NCBI GenBank assembly: GCA_018644935.1
Contig: JABGPL010000002.1
Coordinates: 20,139 to 84,138 of the forward strand
Length of the DNA stretch: 64,000 bases
Source: Calditrichota bacterium
Lineage (GTDB): Bacteria > Electryoneota > AABM5-125-24 > Hatepunaeales > Hatepunaeaceae
Direction: 5' to 3'
Below are positions 58,244 to 64,000 of the stretch, in pieces. Each line of letters begins with the position of its first letter. The stretch's first letter is position 1. Below the pieces are notes generated by a model. The model searched no databases. It saw only the letters and a list, made by a program, of their open reading frames with translations, and was not told where the DNA came from. A program made the position numbers and the translations under genes.

Positions 58244-59256
58244 TGACCATCTTCTCTTACACTCGAAACTACTTTTTCCGAGCGATGGTTATTTTTGTGT
58301 TTCTCGGTCTTTTTTGTAATTATCCACTAAATGCAAGGATATTTAACTTAGATCCGTTCGTTTACTACTATGATGGAGTGGATAGCAATAAGGTAATAAA
58401 TAACCTCGATCAGAAACTCAAATCAAAACTCCCTGAGCTGGAATCACAGCTCGGTGTGAAGTTCAGCGGAAAAGCTGGAATCCATCTTACTCAGACTCGT
58501 GAAGAGTTTTACCGGGTGACTCGGGGGCGTGCTCCGGGATGGGCTGGTGGGATTGCTTATTCGAGTCAGCGCAAAGTAGTTGTGAAGTCGCCACTGTTTT
58601 TTGGGCAGGGTGTATCATTGGAAGCTCTGACAACCCACGAGATTACTCATTTAATACTCCACGAAGCCACGAGCGGGAACTACCTGCCCCGTTGGCTCGA
58701 AGAAGGATTGTGCATGATTCTTGCCGGAGAATCTCGAAGCGGATCGCTTGCGAGACTTGGCAGGGCTGCCGCTGCCAGTCGATTAATGGGATTGCCTCGT
58801 GTTGATGATGTTCTTCGATTTTCTGCACCTCAAGCGGATCTTGCTTATTCCGAATCGCGTTCTGCTGCGGTCTACCTGATTGATAGATTTGGTTGGCAAG
58901 CTGTGCGGGACATACTCAAATACGTCAGAGCTGATCGAGATTTTGAAGAGGCTTTTTCCATCGCAACGGGTGTTGAATATGAGCCCTGGCAGGTGGAATG
59001 GATAGAATATGCTCTTAACCGGTATCGTTGGGTGTTTCTTCTCGATATTGACAATTTAGTTTGGTTTTCGATAGTCCTGCTGGGAACAGTTGTTATGATT
59101 ATGGCATATGTTAGGCAGAGACGGCAGATGCGGGCGTTATTAGAAGAAATGGAGGACGACGATGAGTATTTTCCAGAATATGATACCGATGAATTTCGAA
59201 AAAAATCAGAAGAACACCCCGAAGAGGACGAATGGGAGACTCCCTACAAATGGTAA
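58243..59256 (+). CDS. HExxH gluzincin-like (peptidase MA clan) protein with C-terminal TM helix and acidic tail
   Basis: HEITHLILHE ... RWLEEGLCMILAGE. One predicted TM (FSIVLLGTVVMIMAYV). The C-terminus is D/E-rich. Confidence 0.4.
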   Translation: MTIFSYTRNYFFRAMVIFVFLGLFCNYPLNARIFNLDPFVYYYDGVDSNKVINNLDQKLKSKLPELESQLGVKFSGKAGIHLTQTREEFYRVTRGRAPGWAGGIAYSSQRKVVVKSPLFFGQGVSLEALTTHEITHLILHEATSGNYLPRWLEEGLCMILAGESRSGSLARLGRAAAASRLMGLPRVDDVLRFSAPQADLAYSESRSAAVYLIDRFGWQAVRDILKYVRADRDFEEAFSIATGVEYEPWQVEWIEYALNRYRWVFLLDIDNLVWFSIVLLGTVVMIMAYVRQRRQMRALLEEMEDDDEYFPEYDTDEFRKKSEEHPEEDEWETPYKW

Positions 59257-59467
59257 TGATAGTTTTCAAACTAAAGGCATTTAATGATTGGTGTTGTTAA
59301 TAATTAATTATGCTATATTATTAGTACACCTTGAGCAACCCGTCAAAGGGTTTGTCCAAGAGCTCATTTAACGCACTATAACTGTAACAACATGGCAGAC
59401 GAGGCTGTCTGCCAGCGCGAAATGATCATTTTCGGACATCCCGAGCGAGTCATCCTTCTAAAGAAGG

Positions 59468-60511
59468 TTGTGTTTCGGTAGACACGGTTGTGATAACGTA
59501 AAGGAAATTATGTTTACTACAACAGGAAGAAATTTGCGTGCGAGCGTTATCGTTATGCTGTTGATTGTGTTTTCGACCAGTCTATTTGCAGCAGGTCGAA
59601 CAGCTTTCCCCGTTGCAAAAACACTAATGACACCACGCAGCCTGGCACTTGCAGGTGCAGCTATCGCCGATCAAACGTGGGCGGGTGGTGCAGGTTTGAA
59701 CCCAGCCTCTGGTGTTAATGGGGAGCGTCAAGCGGGGTTTTCTTACGCGCGCCATTCACTGGACCTATGGAGTGGTCAACTCTCTGCATCTTTCCCAATA
59801 CCGGACAATCGATATGTTTTAACCAGCGGTTTTTACCTATCGACGTTCAATTTCGGTGAGTTGGAGAAAAGCGAACGGGACCTTGGATTAACAGGTGAAA
59901 CCTTTACTGCTGCAGAATATGTTTTTGCCGGTTACATGTCGGGTGCAGTGAATGATATCGTGACATGGGGATTATCTCTGAAGTATCTTTATGGAGAGCT
60001 TGATGAAGAAAGTGCATCAGGAGGAGCAGTAGACATTGGTGTAACCTGGGATACCGGATGGCACAACATCCGACTTGGGGCTGTAGGTCGAAATCTTGGG
60101 AAGCAATTCAGTGGATATGGGTCGGAAGAAGATCCAATGCCTTCTGAACTAATGATCGGAGGCTGTAGAACTCTTGACCACATGCCTATGACGTTACATA
60201 TCGCGGCAATATTTGCAGCGACAGGAGAAGAAGATTGGACGGTTGAGGAGTTGAAAGGGAATCCTGGGTTTGGATTCAGCGCCGGGAGTGAGTTCAGCAT
60301 TAATGCCGAAGGGTTGAATAAACCTGTTTTTGTGCGTTTGGGATATCATAGCAGAGGAACCGGAATGCAGACTGGACAGAGCCTTGATGCTATTGCTGGA
60401 CTGACATTTGGATTGGGCCTAAATATGGGTGCGTTCGATTTTGATTACACATATGCACCATTGGGCGCACTTGGGGATGTGCACAGGTTCGGAATAATAG
60501 GAACATACTGA
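59468..60511 (+). CDS. FadL/PorV-like outer-membrane beta-barrel protein (paralog 5)
   Basis: Signal peptide (the real start is likely MFTTTG near 59510), then RSLALAGAAIADQTWAGGAGLNPASG, C-terminal ...RFGIIGTY. Confidence 0.5.
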   Translation: MCFGRHGCDNVKEIMFTTTGRNLRASVIVMLLIVFSTSLFAAGRTAFPVAKTLMTPRSLALAGAAIADQTWAGGAGLNPASGVNGERQAGFSYARHSLDLWSGQLSASFPIPDNRYVLTSGFYLSTFNFGELEKSERDLGLTGETFTAAEYVFAGYMSGAVNDIVTWGLSLKYLYGELDEESASGGAVDIGVTWDTGWHNIRLGAVGRNLGKQFSGYGSEEDPMPSELMIGGCRTLDHMPMTLHIAAIFAATGEEDWTVEELKGNPGFGFSAGSEFSINAEGLNKPVFVRLGYHSRGTGMQTGQSLDAIAGLTFGLGLNMGAFDFDYTYAPLGALGDVHRFGIIGTY

Positions 60512-60549
60512 TCAGAAGAGATAACCTGTTCTAAAACTGTCAGGTTAGC

Positions 60550-61386
60550 TTGCGTTTCACCCAGAACAGCTATACATTCAACATTAATTATTTAACTGGT
60601 CAAGTAACCTTAGGTGTTTGCATGAAATGCCCACATTGTAAAACAAACGTAAACAAGATTCCAATCAGTTGGAAATGCCCTCATTGTGATGAAAAGATGC
60701 CAGAGCCCGGATTCTGGTACAGTTTTTCAGAGGGACTTGTAGAATACCTACAGGAAAAAGGCTTTATCTTTTGGGGAACAATTATCGCTGCGGTAATCTC
60801 TCTTATTGCAGTCGGTGAGGGTTTATTAGGCCAGGCATATCTAGTAAAATATGTTTTAAATAATTTCCTGTTTTCCATTATTATGGCATTGTATGGTGGA
60901 ATGGTTCTTGATCTGTATATGCGGGTTGTGCTACCTCTTCATATGCCTTTTGGTGGTGGTGGAGATTTTCTCTTACGTGAACGCGCGGTTATTCGTAATA
61001 TGAGAAAGAGTGCTAATATAGCGATTATTGCTGGTTTGGTGGCATGTGTGTTCTGGTTGGGACCAGAAATGTTCTTCCTGCATTTTCCATCATATTTTAT
61101 TGTATTGTCAATTACGTTAGCACTCTCAATGTCGATAGCTGGTCTATTCCTCGACATGAAAATGGCAGAGGATGTTCGGTTCAGATATTACATGGATCGG
61201 CTTGGTGTAACAGACTTGAAGAGACTTCGCCGAATTTGCACAGTAACAATAGCGGGACTTTTCATTGCAATAGTTGGTTTTTTCATCCTCAATCAGGTTC
61301 CGGATCTCTGGCATACAATTAGCAACTGGGGCATCGTCGGTACTGGAATGATGTTCTTCAAGGCATACCTTTCCTGGTTGTTGTAG
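60550..61386 (+). CDS. Membrane protein with N-terminal zinc-ribbon (CPHC...CPHC)
   Basis: MKCPHCKTNVNKIPISWKCPHCDEKM followed by ~5 predicted TM helices. The likely start is 60622. Confidence 0.4.
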   Translation: MRFTQNSYTFNINYLTGQVTLGVCMKCPHCKTNVNKIPISWKCPHCDEKMPEPGFWYSFSEGLVEYLQEKGFIFWGTIIAAVISLIAVGEGLLGQAYLVKYVLNNFLFSIIMALYGGMVLDLYMRVVLPLHMPFGGGGDFLLRERAVIRNMRKSANIAIIAGLVACVFWLGPEMFFLHFPSYFIVLSITLALSMSIAGLFLDMKMAEDVRFRYYMDRLGVTDLKRLRRICTVTIAGLFIAIVGFFILNQVPDLWHTISNWGIVGTGMMFFKAYLSWLL

Positions 61387-61399
61387 TTAGTACTGATTC

Positions 61400-62716
61400 T
61401 TGGCAGTAATGCACCAAAAACTACCTATCAGCTTAATTTTATTGGTTTCTTTTCTTCTATCGGTGATAGTTTTACCGATAGAAGCCAAACCGACAATTGC
61501 CGTTATTCTGCCTGAAACGGAACGTAATTTCCATATCGTTTCTGACATGCGACTTGCGATTGAGCAATCCTATATGAGATTCAATGATTCAGATGCTCCT
61601 GAATTTGATATTGAATTTCACAACAATTATGCCGATACAGACAGTACAACCGCTGTAACAAACCGACTTTGTTCACGACCTGAAATTGTCACAATTCTGG
61701 GTGGCTTTCCAAGCTCTTGCGCCCAGATAACTGCAACTCTCGCTCACAACGCTTCTATTCCATACTTGATAATATCAGCATCAGATGATACACTCACCCG
61801 TACTGAATCAAATCATGTCTTCCGGATAGCTCCTCCTTCAACAGATTATAATGACGGTTTAGTGTCCTGGGCGATATCAATTGCCGGAGCACGTCGGAAC
61901 ATTGCAATAATCTATGAAAATCATCCGCGTTCTGAGGAAGTTGTCGCAGATTTGATGAGGGATATGCGCAGGAGGTGGAGGGGAGCAGTTGCCCGTCACT
62001 CATTTGAGCCCGGTGAAGAAGATTTTTCAGGCTTGATCGAAGCTTTGGAGGACGACAAGCCGACGTTAGTTTGGATAATTGGTTGGTTGTCAGATACTGC
62101 CCGCTTTATGCGTCAGTGTCGGGGTGGAGACTGGACTCCGATTGCTTTTGTTGCTGGAACTGCCGGTATTGTCTCGAATAAAATGGTGTCCATTTCCGAA
62201 GGGGCTTCGGATTATCTTTTTGCACCAATGGTATGGTGGCCGAAGGTCACATATCCGTTTTCTTATGAATTTGTCAAAGAATTTAATTTTGCGAGAGATT
62301 ATGATCCCGAATACCATGCAGCAGAAGCTTATGCGACAATGCAAGTATTGCTTGAGGCTGTTTCAAAGTGTGATGTAATTGATCGATTTGAACTCTATCA
62401 TGCTCTAGATGAAATCGATATTTACACAGTAGTTGGACGGGTAAGGTTCGAGGATTATCGTGGCTTTACAAATCAGAACAGAATGACCACTATCGCGATG
62501 CAACTCCAGGGACAGCAATGGAAATCGGTATGGCCTCTGAAATATGCGGAAACAAACTACATCTATCCTGCTCCAGACTGGAACGAACGGGAAAATACAG
62601 AGTACAGACAGAAAGGACCAAACTGGCTGCCTCTATTATTTGTAATAGCATTCGGGTTGCTTCTGCTGTTTGGAAAGTGGAAACGCGATCAGATGCCTAA
62701 AGAACTTGACGAATAA
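61400..62716 (+). CDS. Periplasmic-binding-protein type I (LivK/ANF-receptor-like) domain protein with a C-terminal TM anchor
   Basis: Signal peptide. ~380-aa PBP-I-like region (IAVILPETERNF..., VTILGGFPSSCAQI...). C-terminal LPLLFVIAFGLLLLFG TM. No ABC permease or ATPase adjacent. Confidence 0.5.
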   Translation: MAVMHQKLPISLILLVSFLLSVIVLPIEAKPTIAVILPETERNFHIVSDMRLAIEQSYMRFNDSDAPEFDIEFHNNYADTDSTTAVTNRLCSRPEIVTILGGFPSSCAQITATLAHNASIPYLIISASDDTLTRTESNHVFRIAPPSTDYNDGLVSWAISIAGARRNIAIIYENHPRSEEVVADLMRDMRRRWRGAVARHSFEPGEEDFSGLIEALEDDKPTLVWIIGWLSDTARFMRQCRGGDWTPIAFVAGTAGIVSNKMVSISEGASDYLFAPMVWWPKVTYPFSYEFVKEFNFARDYDPEYHAAEAYATMQVLLEAVSKCDVIDRFELYHALDEIDIYTVVGRVRFEDYRGFTNQNRMTTIAMQLQGQQWKSVWPLKYAETNYIYPAPDWNERENTEYRQKGPNWLPLLFVIAFGLLLLFGKWKRDQMPKELDE

Positions 62717-62738
62717 GACTCTATAATTGGTAGCGCAG

Positions 62739-62850
62739 GCGTCCCTGCCTGCGGTTGCTAATTCAGGACCTTGAGACGGACTGCCCACTGTAAGATACAC
62801 AGACCGGGGCGAGTAAAGTATTGTAGCATGCGCAGGCGGGGACGCCTACC
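62739..62850. repeat. REP-like inverted repeat, family C (GGTAGCGCAGGCGTCCCTGCCTGCGG ... CGCAGGCGGGGACGCCTACC)
   Basis: Arms are imperfect reverse complements, and each is itself hairpin-forming (cgcaggc/gcctgcg). GTAG precedes both arms. Confidence 0.5.
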
Positions 62851-63007
62851 CTACCGGCATGTGAATCCGAGAGAGACAGAATTAACAAATTGCCCATTTC
62901 GGGGGCTTTCTATACGTATATATTATGAGTATATTTTAATTCGGACTGAGATATTTTCTTTCCGTTCGATAACGAAGTGAACCTGCTTTTTTTGCCTTGA
63001 GAAGAAT

Positions 63008-64000
63008 ATGATAAAAAAACTGCCAACCTTCATCCTCCTTTTGCTGATATTCATCAGCTTGAATCCTGCATTCTGCCGGCCAATCACCGATTATGATGTT
63101 GAAGTAACCAGAGATCTATCTGGTGAATACAGATCAAATCGAGCCGATTACCTGACTCAGTTTCCAGAACGCGAGCTCAATATCGATCATGTCGAACATT
63201 TTGGTCCAAATCGAGACGAAGAAGGAACTGTTGTCGTTGCTGTGAACACCACCCTTTATAATCAGCTCGAAAATGACTTTAATGGCTGGATTGAAGGTAT
63301 TGGTGAGGACGGTTACGATATGGTGCTTATTGTTACAGACGGTGGGACCGCTCAGGAGCTGAAAGATCAGGTTATTCAAGAAGGCGGTGAAGAAATCGTT
63401 GGGGCAATATTTGCCGGAGAATTGCCACTGGCATGGTTTGAGCACAAAGAACATTTCCGTCAGGAGCATGAGCCGGATAATAACCGGATACAGGATTATC
63501 CAATAGACTACTTCTTTACCGACCTCGATGGAGTCTGGGAGGATTCAACTGGCAATGGTATATATGATTATCATCATGGGGATGTTGACCCTGATATCTG
63601 GTTTGGACGTTTGCCTGCCCACAACCTCAGTCGCCTCGATGAGGTCGACATAATTTCCGCTTATCTTGCCAAAGTGCAGCAATACCGGGCGGGGGAACTA
63701 ATGCTGCCACACCGGGCTCTGAATTATATTGACGACGACTGGTGTTTGATGGATCAGGTTTGGTCGCGCTACATCCGAAATGCTTATGGTTATGTAATTG
63801 CAGAAACAGACTCAAATACAACTTCCGCTTCTGATTACTGGGAGCACCTTGAAAACGAAGGATATGAGATGGTGCAGGTTGCGGTACATTCAACCTCAGA
63901 CAGCCATTCTTTCTTTGTTGAAAACAGAACAGCACGTGATTATTTCAGGTTCTGGGACCTGCGCGACGATGTCAACGAGAATTCGATGTTTTATAACCTC
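63008..64000 (+). CDS. Peptidase C25 (gingipain)-like secreted protein, 3' end beyond the window
   Basis: Signal peptide MIKKLPTFILLLLIFISLNPAFC. TDLDGVWEDSTGNGIYDYHHGDVDPDIWFGRLPAHNLSRLDEVDIISAYLAKVQQYRAGE matches the C25 block (sDxyyxxlDGxDxxPDxxvGRlpxxtxxExxxvvxKxxxYE). The ORF is open to the window end. Confidence 0.5.
   Translation, partial: MIKKLPTFILLLLIFISLNPAFCRPITDYDVEVTRDLSGEYRSNRADYLTQFPERELNIDHVEHFGPNRDEEGTVVVAVNTTLYNQLENDFNGWIEGIGEDGYDMVLIVTDGGTAQELKDQVIQEGGEEIVGAIFAGELPLAWFEHKEHFRQEHEPDNNRIQDYPIDYFFTDLDGVWEDSTGNGIYDYHHGDVDPDIWFGRLPAHNLSRLDEVDIISAYLAKVQQYRAGELMLPHRALNYIDDDWCLMDQVWSRYIRNAYGYVIAETDSNTTSASDYWEHLENEGYEMVQVAVHSTSDSHSFFVENRTARDYFRFWDLRDDVNENSMFYNL

Noticed and set aside
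59257-59467. Hairpin ggcagac-gaggct-gtctgcc and a structured leader upstream of FadL/PorV-like paralog 5, as a candidate riboswitch or sRNA
   Set aside because: Only a single 7-bp hairpin is evident. It matches no riboswitch consensus recognisable by eye and is more likely the terminator of the upstream gene.

Overview
The 64-kb window looks like a chromosomal segment from a bacterium with a type IX secretion system (FCB-group-like); no tRNA, rRNA or CRISPR was seen. Most of it is housekeeping genes in a Firmicutes-like order: yicC-gmk-rpoZ-coaBC, a family-4 uracil-DNA glycosylase, dnaB-yajC-fmt, a zinc peptidase, rsmB, a kinase-less PASTA protein and rpe. It also carries a bifunctional homocysteine methyltransferase/methylenetetrahydrofolate reductase next to metH, guaB, rpsT, pyrK-pyrD, cdsA, a split transketolase, a lone OppD-like ATPase and priA. 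Between these sit secreted proteins with type IX secretion (T9SS) C-terminal sorting domains (an LVIVD-repeat protein, a 955-aa protein, a BNR-like protein and a peptidase C25-like protein cut by the window end). There are also five paralogous FadL/PorV-like outer-membrane beta-barrel genes, an LptD-like gene, an FGE-sulfatase-domain lipoprotein, and a porin-like beta-barrel with an N-terminal CxxCH heme motif. The non-housekeeping content is dominated by three families of palindromic REP/MITE-like repeats. An IS200-like REP-associated tyrosine transposase is flanked by REP hairpins, and one REP doublet sits in-frame inside its own coding sequence. An AT-rich three-gene cassette encodes a truncated inorganic pyrophosphatase-like protein, an unrecognised 288-aa protein and a DinB-like protein. 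Many CDS starts in the ORF track are TTG/GTG or are plainly too far upstream, so listed 5' ends are approximate.
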